Positions 50,734-60,287 of a stretch of 64,000 nt of DNA are shown piece after piece. This DNA is from Candidatus Heimdallarchaeota archaeon (lineage in GTDB: Archaea > Asgardarchaeota > Heimdallarchaeia > Hodarchaeales > Hodarchaeaceae). The notes under the pieces are model-generated. The model made no database searches. It was not told where the DNA came from and worked only from the letters and a program-made list of their open reading frames with translations. The stretch is from assembly GCA_011364965.1 (NCBI GenBank), contig RDOB01000003.1, forward strand, positions 32,001-96,000, written 5' to 3'. Each line of letters opens with the position of its first letter. The stretch's first letter is position 1. The position numbers and the translations under genes were made by a program.

Positions 50734-51816
50734 CTAACGATTCTTTCTTCGTACAACAAGAATTACCAGAGTTAAAGATAGAAGTACCAAAGAAATAAAA
50801 TCTGCTGTTTCCTTAGATGCAATAATTGTTGTTACGTAAGTAATCCAAGTCGTATAGGTCAACCAAGTGGTTAGATTTTCCTCTTGATCAGTTGTCGAAG
50901 AGATGGTGTTAGAAGTTTGTGTCTCAGAACTTATTCCTGATGTAGTGCATATTTCACTTAATTCACCAGCTAAAAAATCAATTTTAATATTATCTCCATC
51001 AGAAGAGACATTTATATACTTCGTAACAGGAATCTCAAAATATTTACCAGTAACTGTTAAAGTGATGCTTCCATTTACAGTTATTGGGATACTATAACCA
51101 CCTGAAGGGCCAGTGATTGTAAAAAAGTCACCTTGGCTAGGTGTGATGATAACATCTTCCAATCCTTCACCGATATTATAGAAACCATTTGCATTGGTGT
51201 CATTGTATACTACTCCTAACAGATATGCAATGTTAGAGAGACCATATAGGAGATCACAATATCCCCCATTATAATTTCCAATCCCGAATTCATTTGAGTT
51301 TATTGGAATTCCTAAGATAAATTCACGATGTAATGGTTGGCCAAACGATTCCCATCCTGAGTCTTGCATGAGTGCTGAATATAGAAAATCAACGTTAGAA
51401 AAATATGAAGCTACACTTTCGCCACGTGGTAGACCAGTATAATTATTGGCTATCAACCTTTCAGTAAACGAGGTTCCGTCTACTGAATGTCCTAAAGTAG
51501 AGTAATTAAACATAACTTCGGAATATGCAGTAGCAGTCTGGCATAATATCTTATGCATTGCTAAAGGAGGTTGAGGAGTTAGATTCACTGGTACACCATC
51601 TTGTAAATCAATGCTAAGTCTAAGAGCCTCAGCTTCAGGATTTTCTCGAGCTCGATTGTGTAATTCTAACATATATTGCTCTGCTGATGAATATGTCCCA
51701 TGATCATACAAAACTTGGGTTTGGATAAAATTCAGATCGTTTTTTGAAGGTACTATCATAATACATAAACCTAACACTAGAATTAGAACGATTAAATAAT
51801 TAGATTTCTTTTCCAT
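50734..51816 (-). CDS. Secreted CAP/SCP-domain protein with SdrD-B-like domain and C-terminal anchor
   Basis: EQYMLELHNRAR, H, GES, HREFIL, GVVYNDTNANGFYNIGEGL, Ser/Thr linker, TM-RRKNR. Confidence 0.82.
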   Translation of the reverse strand: MEKKSNYLIVLILVLGLCIMIVPSKNDLNFIQTQVLYDHGTYSSAEQYMLELHNRARENPEAEALRLSIDLQDGVPVNLTPQPPLAMHKILCQTATAYSEVMFNYSTLGHSVDGTSFTERLIANNYTGLPRGESVASYFSNVDFLYSALMQDSGWESFGQPLHREFILGIPINSNEFGIGNYNGGYCDLLYGLSNIAYLLGVVYNDTNANGFYNIGEGLEDVIITPSQGDFFTITGPSGGYSIPITVNGSITLTVTGKYFEIPVTKYINVSSDGDNIKIDFLAGELSEICTTSGISSETQTSNTISSTTDQEENLTTWLTYTTWITYVTTIIASKETADFISLVLLSLTLVILVVRRKNR

Positions 51817-52288
51817 TGCTATTTGCCCTTCTAAAGAAATATTACGCGATTTTAAATTATTTAGGAATTTTAAAATAAAAACTTTTAGAAATTAAATAGT
51901 AAAAACTAGATAATTGAGGATAATATCGGTTAGGTTAAGAGAAGTATAATAGTTGGTATATACCTTTATAATTTATCCCTGATTATCCTAAGAATTCCAC
52001 TTATCTTAAGAAATAGATTTTTTTAACGGTGTAGTTGTTTTATTATTAGTGCTTTTTTATTATTGGATTTCTAATGATTCTGATTTTCCTATCATACTAA
52101 CCATCTTCATCTTTTTTGGAGTAATTATACCAGTAAGAGAGGTAATAAGAAAACGATGTTAAATAATACGAATTTGGACGAATAACTTCAAATCATTCAT
52201 TTTACTTAGTTTACCCAATCGGATAGACATTAATTATCGATGATCATTCTGGACTAATTGTAAACACTGATTGAAATAGAGGAGTAGC

Positions 52289-52852
52289 ATGTCAAAGATT
52301 AAATTAACGCCTAATGTTTCACCCTTTCCAATGCCTGTCGCTATTGTTGGAGCACTTGTCAAAAATCGTCCTAATTTCATGACTGTCGCGTGGTTCAATC
52401 GTTTACATGGCAAACCCCCGATCTGGGGTATAGCTTTTGGGAAAAAACAATACACCCTTGAAGGAATCAGAGAAAATAAAACTTTTAGCATTAATATTCC
52501 TAATGTAAACTTGGTAAAGAAAGTTGATCATTGTGGTATTGTATCTGGAAGAAAGGTTGACAAATCAAAGCTTTTTACGGTTTTTTATGGAGAGTTACAA
52601 TCAGTTCCTATGGTTCAGGAATGCCCCCTAAGTCTGGAATGTCGGGTATACGATATTATTGAATTACCTGAAATAACACTTGTACTTGGCGAAGTCATCA
52701 CTGCTTACACTGAAGAGCAATATATGAGTAAGGGGAAATTAGACTCAAGAAAAATTAATCCTTTCACATTTTCGCAACCTGATAATAAATATTGGGCGCT
52801 AGGTGATATGATTGCCGATGCTTTTGCCATTGGCAAGATATTTAAAGATTAA
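52289..52852 (+). CDS. Flavin reductase-like FMN-binding protein
   Basis: PMPVAIVG, NFMTVAW, FSINIP, CGIVSGRKVDK, ECPLSLEC. Confidence 0.92.
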   Translation: MSKIKLTPNVSPFPMPVAIVGALVKNRPNFMTVAWFNRLHGKPPIWGIAFGKKQYTLEGIRENKTFSINIPNVNLVKKVDHCGIVSGRKVDKSKLFTVFYGELQSVPMVQECPLSLECRVYDIIELPEITLVLGEVITAYTEEQYMSKGKLDSRKINPFTFSQPDNKYWALGDMIADAFAIGKIFKD

Positions 52853-53441
52853 ACCCTGTCTGATTTACCAGATTTCTATAATAAAAATCGGTATTAAATC
52901 ACAGGGGTCAACTTACTGCTTCAGACCTTTTGGGTTTTACTATTAAGATTTTATTTCAGTAAACTATAGTATAGTGCTATATATCATCCCAAACTTTTTT
53001 TTCATGATTTTTTTGGAGAATGGACTTCTTTTGTATTACACGTTTGTTATTCACTTGAAAATTCTGGTTATTCGCTTCAAGGAATATATGGAAACTCACT
53101 CCTTGAATTCTCTTCTTTTGTTCAGGATGGACGGCACTTTGTATCCAATTATATTCTTTCTCACCCCTCATAACCGTTGGAAACGAAAATATTTCATTAA
53201 CGACTCTGATCTTCAGTGGATCTGGAAGTGACGAGATTAGTGAGGGAGATGAGACCCTTCTGGGAGACTTTGGTTATGTGAATCTCATTATTACGGCAGC
53301 TTCAGTAACTGGTAAGGCAACAGTGACTGGATTTCAATCTGAGACAGGAATAATCTATGAATCTTAATATCTCTCCTCTCCTTTTTTTATGTATGAATCT
53401 AGTATTTCTCCAGTTATTATTTATTATTATTGTGTGAAGGT

Positions 53442-54761
53442 TTATGGTGTTGCTCGGTTTATTAACCTTGGATATAGACAGGCTTCTCGGATATGATCGA
53501 GATTCAACATCGCTTGAACAAATCTCTCTAATCCTAATCCAAATCCAGAATGTGTGACTGATCCATATTTTCTTTGGTCAATATACCAATAATATGGCTC
53601 AGGACTAAGATTCTCCTCTTTCATTCTTTCAAGAAGCACCTCAAGGTTATCCTCTCTCTGTGATGATCCAATGATTTCACCCACGCCAGGAAGCAACAAA
53701 TCAGCTGCATTCATTACTTCAGGATTCGTTTCATTTACTTTCATATAGAATGGTTTCATCCCTGTAGGGAAATATGTAAGATATGTAGGTTTCCCAATTG
53801 TATCCACTAGAGTTCGTTCAGGTCCTTCAGTAATATCGTCTCCATATTCTAAAAACGCTCCATTTTCACCTTTGATTCCATATTCCTTTAGCAATTCGAT
53901 TGCTCGTTCATAGGAAACTCGTTCAAACGGTTTAGTGGGCAATTGAAGATCGGGATTTAACTGAATTCTCAATGGATGATTATAAACAGAGGTGAAGACC
54001 TGGATAATCATATCTTCCATAAAATTGAGGAGATCTTCAAAATCAAACCATGGCATTTCTGCTTCAATATGAGTATATTCTGTTAAATGCCGTCTAGTCC
54101 TACTTTTTTCAGCTCTAAATGACGGGAGAATGCAAAAGACATTTCCTAAACTCGACAGGAGGGTTTCCAAATATAATTGACTCGATTGAGTAAGGTAAGC
54201 GTCCTGTTCAAAATATTTGAACCCAAATAGTGTTGATCCACCTTCAACTTGGGTTTGAACAATGGTCGAAGGAGTCACTTCAACAAAATCCCGCTCAAAG
54301 AAGAATTTGCGGAATCCGCGGGTTGTTAAATCTCGAAAACGCATAATATCGGACGCCCGTTCTCCTCGAAGCACCAAATGACGTTTATCTAAGTATACTT
54401 GAGGTCCAGAATCAGGTCGTATTTCCTGTTCTAATTCTGGTGAGGCAATATTGAGAGCTGGTTGAATTGATTTTATCTGAATTTCCAATCCTAAATAGGG
54501 GGCTCGCTTATCTTCTTTTACTAAACCTGTGGCAATTATTGCAGTTTCGCGGGTAAGCTGTTCTGCAATCACGAACTTGGCTTTACCGATTGATGGTTTA
54601 GCAACTGCCTGAACATATCCAGAATAATCCCTAATAATGAAAAAAATTAATTTTCCTTGCCGTCGAACTCTATGAAGCCAGCCACGTATTGTAACTAGTT
54701 CGCCTGCTTTCGTAGGGAGTTCTTTTATAGCCTTATACTCCATTTTATGATACCTCACCAT
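53442..54761 (-). CDS. asnS: Asparagine--tRNA ligase (archaeal/eukaryotic type)
   Basis: OB-fold N-terminus, AYLTQSSQLYLE, FRAEKSRTRRHLTEYTHIEAE, GEIIGSSQR, HSGFGLGLERF. Confidence 0.93.
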   Translation of the reverse strand: MVRYHKMEYKAIKELPTKAGELVTIRGWLHRVRRQGKLIFFIIRDYSGYVQAVAKPSIGKAKFVIAEQLTRETAIIATGLVKEDKRAPYLGLEIQIKSIQPALNIASPELEQEIRPDSGPQVYLDKRHLVLRGERASDIMRFRDLTTRGFRKFFFERDFVEVTPSTIVQTQVEGGSTLFGFKYFEQDAYLTQSSQLYLETLLSSLGNVFCILPSFRAEKSRTRRHLTEYTHIEAEMPWFDFEDLLNFMEDMIIQVFTSVYNHPLRIQLNPDLQLPTKPFERVSYERAIELLKEYGIKGENGAFLEYGDDITEGPERTLVDTIGKPTYLTYFPTGMKPFYMKVNETNPEVMNAADLLLPGVGEIIGSSQREDNLEVLLERMKEENLSPEPYYWYIDQRKYGSVTHSGFGLGLERFVQAMLNLDHIREACLYPRLINRATP

Positions 54762-54951
54762 GGTACAAACAACAGGAAGCCTTTCTTTTTCGTTTTTTTG
54801 AATGTTAGGAATTTCAAATTATAGGTCTTCTTTGAGTTATGTTCAAAGGAAGAATCTGAATTTGTATTCATCGAAATAGGTTAGGATAATAATCACTTTG
54901 CATTCCTTAATTTACCTTCAATTTGAGCTGTATTAAGAGCTCTTTGATAGG

Positions 54952-55494
54952 TTAGAAAAGTTTAGACATCTCAAACCGCACTTCGTGTCTTTCAATATCG
55001 GTATTCGTGTAGGATATCAAATTAAATCCCGATAACTCAAAACCAAATTTCAAGTAGAATTGAATTGCAGGGTAATTAGAGCTTTGACATTCTAGAATTA
55101 TTCCCCGAACATTTAAAGCTCGGGCTTTATTTTCTGCAAACTCTAGCAATTTAGTTCCAATTCCTTTTCTTTGCCATCTCTTTTCAATGTAAATATCCCA
55201 GATTCTCAGAAGATTATTCCAAGAAATTTTTCCCATTACAACAAGACCTATTTCCTTTCCGTTTTCTCCAGAAGCTAAATAGTATTCCGCGTGCTCTTTA
55301 TAAGTTTTGAACACCTTTTCTTTTTCATATTTTTCAAAAGGTTTACTAAAACTCTTTTTTTCTAGCTTAAAAATCCATCCTTCGTTTTTATCCTTTTTAA
55401 TAACCTCAACATCATAATAATAAGAGGAGCTATATGCAAATGGAATTATTTTATTATCAGGATAGTCCTCCTCGAAAATTTGATTAATTTGCAT
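54952..55494 (-). CDS. GNAT family N-acetyltransferase
   Basis: WQRKGIGTKLL, LECQSSNYPAIQFYLKFGF. Confidence 0.9.
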   Translation of the reverse strand: MQINQIFEEDYPDNKIIPFAYSSSYYYDVEVIKKDKNEGWIFKLEKKSFSKPFEKYEKEKVFKTYKEHAEYYLASGENGKEIGLVVMGKISWNNLLRIWDIYIEKRWQRKGIGTKLLEFAENKARALNVRGIILECQSSNYPAIQFYLKFGFELSGFNLISYTNTDIERHEVRFEMSKLF

Positions 55495-55636
55495 AACTTA
55501 AAATTGAACATTAGACTTTATTAAGCAATTTATATTCCAGAAGATAAATTAGTAATTAATTAAGATATACTCTTCTTAGCAAAAATATTATATAAATCAT
55601 ATCTCTTACAAATAAACGCAAGGGAATGAAAAAACC

Positions 55637-56179
55637 ATGGTTCATTATACAACGAAAGTTGTAATGCTGGGAGAAGGAGGTGTAGGAAAAACCTCCCTCA
55701 TTCGTCGGTACGTTGAACAAACTTTCTCGCATAACTATATAACAACAGTTGGCTCAAATTTCCTATTGAAAAAAGTACAACTGGATAAAAACACACGGAT
55801 GACTATGCAGCTTTGGGATATCTCAGGACAAGATTCATTTCGAACTATTCGTGCTCAATATTATCTACACTCCCATGGTGGGATATTGGTATTTGATTTG
55901 ACCAGAAAAAGTACATTTACAGAATTAAATAAATGGCATACCGATTTCATTAAGAAAGCAGGTAAAGTTCCTTTATTAGTTTTTGGGAATAAAATGGATT
56001 TAATAAATCAGAGGGAAACATCCTCACAGGAGGGATCTGCTATTGCAAATGAATTTGACTCGTCGTATTTCGAAACTTCTGCCCTTAATGGCACTGGAGT
56101 TGAGGATGCTTTCCATAGTCTCGCTTGGAAAATCGTGGATGACCTAAATCGGAAACGAAGAACACTTACTTATCGGTAG
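55637..56179 (+). CDS. Rab/Ras-like small GTPase
   Basis: G1 GEGGVGKT, G2 YITTVG, G3 WDISGQ, G4 NKMD, G5 ETSAL. Confidence 0.95.
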   Translation: MVHYTTKVVMLGEGGVGKTSLIRRYVEQTFSHNYITTVGSNFLLKKVQLDKNTRMTMQLWDISGQDSFRTIRAQYYLHSHGGILVFDLTRKSTFTELNKWHTDFIKKAGKVPLLVFGNKMDLINQRETSSQEGSAIANEFDSSYFETSALNGTGVEDAFHSLAWKIVDDLNRKRRTLTYR

Positions 56180-56325
56180 GATAATTATATTTAAATTCAA
56201 TCCAATTTCAATTCCAAAATTGTACATAGTATAACACTATCTATTTATAGAATATTATTAAATAATATCCTAACACATATTGCGATTATCGCGAATTCCC
56301 GTTTGAAAAAAGTAGGTAGAAAAAA

Positions 56326-56529
56326 ATGGCAGAGAACGAAGCAAGTGAACCGATATTGATTTTCACGACGAAAGTGAGTCGATGTGCCAATGGTTATCAT
56401 TTAAAAATTAGAAAGAAAGATGTTGAGCTCCTCAGTCTGGCAGGTAGCATGGTTAAAATCAAAGTTTATAGAGTTGAAGATGTTCCTGGAGAAGTATCTA
56501 AGGATCCATATGAAAATTTGATTGAATAG
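56326..56529 (+). CDS. Small AbrB/MazE-like swapped-hairpin protein
   Basis: TKVSRCANGYHLKIRKKDVELLSLAGSMVKIKV pattern. Confidence 0.6.
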   Translation: MAENEASEPILIFTTKVSRCANGYHLKIRKKDVELLSLAGSMVKIKVYRVEDVPGEVSKDPYENLIE

Positions 56530-57334
56530 CATTTTATACAATTCACTTTTGAGAGTGAGTGCATTTTTACCCCAAGAAAAGCATTGGAGAATTATTCCAT
56601 TCCATTATTACTCTGCAGCGAAAAATATGGCTATAGATGAGGCGATATTCCGATTATATGACACATTCCACCTAGATACTATTCGTTTTTATGGTTGGAA
56701 ACCAAGTTCGGTGTCAATTGGAAAAAACCAACTTCTCTTAGAAGAAGTTGATCTTGAAAATCTAGCTAAACTGAGTTATCAATGTGTTAGGAGGATTTCG
56801 GGAGGAGGAGCTGTATTTCACGATGAACTGGGGGAATTAACCTATTCTATTGTAACAAGCTCGCGTTATTTAAAATCTAAAAATGTAGAGGGTAATTATT
56901 ATGAACTTGCAAACCTAGTCTTTAAACCTCTTGAAACTATAGGACTTAGTATTGATTATGATCAAATTCATTGTCCCTCCGTATTTATCGGAGGTAAGAA
57001 AATCTCAGGAAATGCTCAAGTAAGGCAGGGAGATAAAATCCTTCAACATGGTACAATCTTAATTGATATTCGTCCAGAGATCATGTATTCAGTATTACGA
57101 GTTCGTTCAGGTAGAACTCAGTCAAGTATGATTGCGTCGGTGTATCAAAATGTAACATCGATTGGTGAAAAATTAAATCAGGTTTTTACACCCAGGTCTC
57201 TAGCAGATTTTCTTATAACAAATTTGAAAACTTTAAAATTTAGGATAGCTACATTAACAGAAGAGGAATTACAGCTAGCAGTAGAGCTTCAAGAAGAAAA
57301 GTATGCAACGGACGAATGGACCTCATTAAAATGA
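56522..57334 (+). CDS. Lipoate-protein ligase A / octanoyltransferase catalytic domain
   Basis: NMAIDEA, VSIGKNQ, RRISGGGAVFHD, GKKISGNAQ, LQHGT. Confidence 0.92.
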   Translation: MNSILYNSLLRVSAFLPQEKHWRIIPFHYYSAAKNMAIDEAIFRLYDTFHLDTIRFYGWKPSSVSIGKNQLLLEEVDLENLAKLSYQCVRRISGGGAVFHDELGELTYSIVTSSRYLKSKNVEGNYYELANLVFKPLETIGLSIDYDQIHCPSVFIGGKKISGNAQVRQGDKILQHGTILIDIRPEIMYSVLRVRSGRTQSSMIASVYQNVTSIGEKLNQVFTPRSLADFLITNLKTLKFRIATLTEEELQLAVELQEEKYATDEWTSLK

Positions 57335-57360
57335 ATTTACATAATTATTAACGTATTAGA

Positions 57361-58758
57361 TTAAAGTTTTTTCTCTAATTGATTTTTAAAATCCTCTACC
57401 AGAGTACGAGCAAACTGAATTAACTCGGTTTGAACTTCTTCTCTAGCCTGTGGATCAAATACTTCGATGTTTAGAGTATGATTGTTTGTGCCAAGATAGT
57501 AATGTAACCAAGCATTATTTTTTGAAATTAGCTTAATTCCGATATATGTATCAATAGCAGAGTAATCTTCTGGAGGATTGTTTAAGGTCTTTGTAAAAAA
57601 GTGAAGCATCTCTTCTTCTCGAAGAGTCACCTCTGCGATCCTTTGAGGAAATATTTGATGATTTCTATAGAGTTCTGTTGATTTTATGTTTTGTTTCGCT
57701 AGTTGTGCTAATACTGTCAATGCGGCCACCATTCCATCTGAACCAGGGGAAAATAGTGGATAGACGAACAATCCAGTGTCATTAAATCCATAAATTGCCC
57801 GATTTTCAAGAACTGCTCTTGCTAAACTTCCAGGTTCTCCATGTTTTGAAAAAATTATATTTTTATTAAGACCATGATAAACAGAAGGATGTACTGTAAC
57901 TCCTGCGACGACAGTTAAGTTAGGATCAGGATCATAGCGAGAATGTAAGCTAACAGAGGCAGTTTCCTCAGCAGTTCGAATACGTCCCTGACTGTCAATC
58001 ATGACAGCATGTCTTGCTTCAGCGTCAAGTGCAATTCCTAAATCAGAATGAGTCGCCACAACTGTTTCTCTTAATCTCACTAATGATTCAGGATTTGGCA
58101 AAAATGCTGGATTTCGAGGCCGGTGAGCATTTAAAGTGATTAATGAACAACCAAATTCACTTAGAAGATCAGGCATTATTAATGCGGAAGGGCCACAAGC
58201 ACAATCAATAACAACACGTAACCCTGCATTTATTAAAGGTTCTTTTGCATCTGCAAAATATCCTGCAAGTGCACTTTCATAAATCTTTATGGGGTCTGCT
58301 AAATTAATCCACCCAACTTCTTGGGACGAAACACGACGAAGTTGTTTCTGCTCAGCTATTTTAATTATTTCTTCTACCTTTGCAACGGGATACTCAATTC
58401 CATTTGAATCAAATAATTTGATTGAAACCATTCCAGCCAAATTATGGCTCCTAGTGGCCATTAATCCTGCATCAGCTCCAAATTTCCGAACAGAAAACTG
58501 TAGAACACTTGTTGGGACAGCATGCAGATCAATTAGTTCTATACCTGCTCCTAATAATCCACCAGAAAAAGAACGCTTCAGCATTCGAGAATCACGTCGA
58601 TAATCTCTTCCTGCCATTACTACAGATTTTTTGTCTAATTGTGTCCCCATTGCACCCCCAAGAAGAGCAGCGAGTTCTGGTGTTAATTCAGTGTTCGAGA
58701 ATCCCATAATCCTCCCCCATTTTTTGAATCTTTTTAAATATGACTCTTCATCACTCAT
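57361..58758 (-). CDS. Phosphoglucomutase/phosphomannomutase-family protein with degenerate metal loop
   Basis: GRDYRRDSRMLK, TRSHN, VIDCACG, DLGIALDAEARH in place of DGDADR. Confidence 0.8.
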   Translation of the reverse strand: MSDEESYLKRFKKWGRIMGFSNTELTPELAALLGGAMGTQLDKKSVVMAGRDYRRDSRMLKRSFSGGLLGAGIELIDLHAVPTSVLQFSVRKFGADAGLMATRSHNLAGMVSIKLFDSNGIEYPVAKVEEIIKIAEQKQLRRVSSQEVGWINLADPIKIYESALAGYFADAKEPLINAGLRVVIDCACGPSALIMPDLLSEFGCSLITLNAHRPRNPAFLPNPESLVRLRETVVATHSDLGIALDAEARHAVMIDSQGRIRTAEETASVSLHSRYDPDPNLTVVAGVTVHPSVYHGLNKNIIFSKHGEPGSLARAVLENRAIYGFNDTGLFVYPLFSPGSDGMVAALTVLAQLAKQNIKSTELYRNHQIFPQRIAEVTLREEEMLHFFTKTLNNPPEDYSAIDTYIGIKLISKNNAWLHYYLGTNNHTLNIEVFDPQAREEVQTELIQFARTLVEDFKNQLEKKL

Positions 58759-58804
58759 TAACGTTCACATTATCCTAATTTGGCTCATCATAAATCTTTC
58801 TGCA

Positions 58805-59965
58805 TCATAAACCATTAATTTTTTCCAAAATTTGATTAGTTTCTGTAATTAATTCCTTTTGAAACTTTAAATTAGGTCCGATGACGGTTCCAGTTGCTAA
58901 TATAGAATTATCGGGAATGAGAACATTATTACATATAATTGTGTCATCAATTGACACGTTTTTTCCTATTTCAACATCATTCCATATAACAGAGCCATTT
59001 ATGGATGTATTATCTCCGATGTTCACATTATCACCTATAACACTGAGACCTGATATAATAGCGGAATTACCAATAACTAAACTTTGGCCAATAGCTGCAG
59101 GAGGGTGAATCTGACTTGAAGAAGGAACTTGGGGCTTTCCTCCATTCCACCAAATACCATTCTCTTCCCAAGTAGCTTTGGGAAAATATGGAAACGACCA
59201 TCTCCGCAGTACATCCCGATTAGTGTACAAATAAGTTTGTGGATTCCCTGCATCCATCCAATAATAATCTGTTCTCGCATATCCATATATTCCATATTCT
59301 CTTGCAAGATACGGAAATACGTGTTTGCCAAAATCCATTAGATCATTTAATCTATCGAGAATTTCTAATACTCTATGTCTAAATGCATAAATACCTGTAT
59401 TAACCAGATTAGATTGAAGACGTATCGTTTCTTTTGAAGAAAAGGTCAAGGTTGCTAATCCTAATTCTTGAGGGTGCGGTTTTTCAAGAAAAAGTAGAAT
59501 TTGGGAATTTTGATTCAGAATAATTACTCCAAACGCCCGGGGATGAGGAACATCTTTTAACGTTATACTTGCTATTCCTTTCTTTTCTTGGTGGAATGAC
59601 ATGAAATCCTTTAAGGAGATATTAGTTATTATATCCGCCATCGAAACAATAAAATTATCGGTATCTATATAATTTGCAGCTTTCCTAACAGCATCTGCTG
59701 TGTCTAGTGGATCAACATGAGGTATTACAATATCAAGCTCTTTAAAATGGTCAATTTGATCGAAATACTTCCTTATTTCTTCTTCCAAATATTTTGTAAT
59801 AATAACAATTTTTCCCCTAATCCCTGCTCTCTCTAGAAGTTCCAAATTATAATCTATCATAGGTTTATTAGCAACAGGAACCAATGGCTTTGGACATTCT
59901 GTAGTTAAAGGACTCAGTCGAGAACCTACACCTCCAGCTAGTACGACTGCACTCCATTCTTCCAT
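58805..59965 (-). CDS. Sugar-phosphate nucleotidyltransferase (mannose-1-P guanylyltransferase-like) with left-handed beta-helix
   Basis: VLAGGVGSRLSPLT..PKPLVP, FLEKP, VNTGIY, DFGKHVFP, YWMDAG; hexapeptide repeats. Confidence 0.92.
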   Translation of the reverse strand: MEEWSAVVLAGGVGSRLSPLTTECPKPLVPVANKPMIDYNLELLERAGIRGKIVIITKYLEEEIRKYFDQIDHFKELDIVIPHVDPLDTADAVRKAANYIDTDNFIVSMADIITNISLKDFMSFHQEKKGIASITLKDVPHPRAFGVIILNQNSQILLFLEKPHPQELGLATLTFSSKETIRLQSNLVNTGIYAFRHRVLEILDRLNDLMDFGKHVFPYLAREYGIYGYARTDYYWMDAGNPQTYLYTNRDVLRRWSFPYFPKATWEENGIWWNGGKPQVPSSSQIHPPAAIGQSLVIGNSAIISGLSVIGDNVNIGDNTSINGSVIWNDVEIGKNVSIDDTIICNNVLIPDNSILATGTVIGPNLKFQKELITETNQILEKINGL

Positions 59966-60287
59966 AACTACCGTAACACCTTTGTTAGAATAGCCTCTAT
60001 GTAGAAATTCAGATTACTATACTTAACCATCTAGTCAATTAAGAATTTATCCCTTTAAGAAGGATTACTGCACGATCTGCAGATTGGATAAATTGAAAAA
60101 GATTAATAGTTTTAAGGCTTAATAAGAAAAAAATAATGTCTAAAGGTTATGAAAAGTCGAATAATTTGCAAGTTCTGAGTCTGTAATATACAGACAAATA
60201 TCAAAACGAAATAATTTTAATAAGAAGATCTGCATATACGATAAAGAGATTTTTTATATAAGGAAAATCAAACAAGGACGTCTAAGA

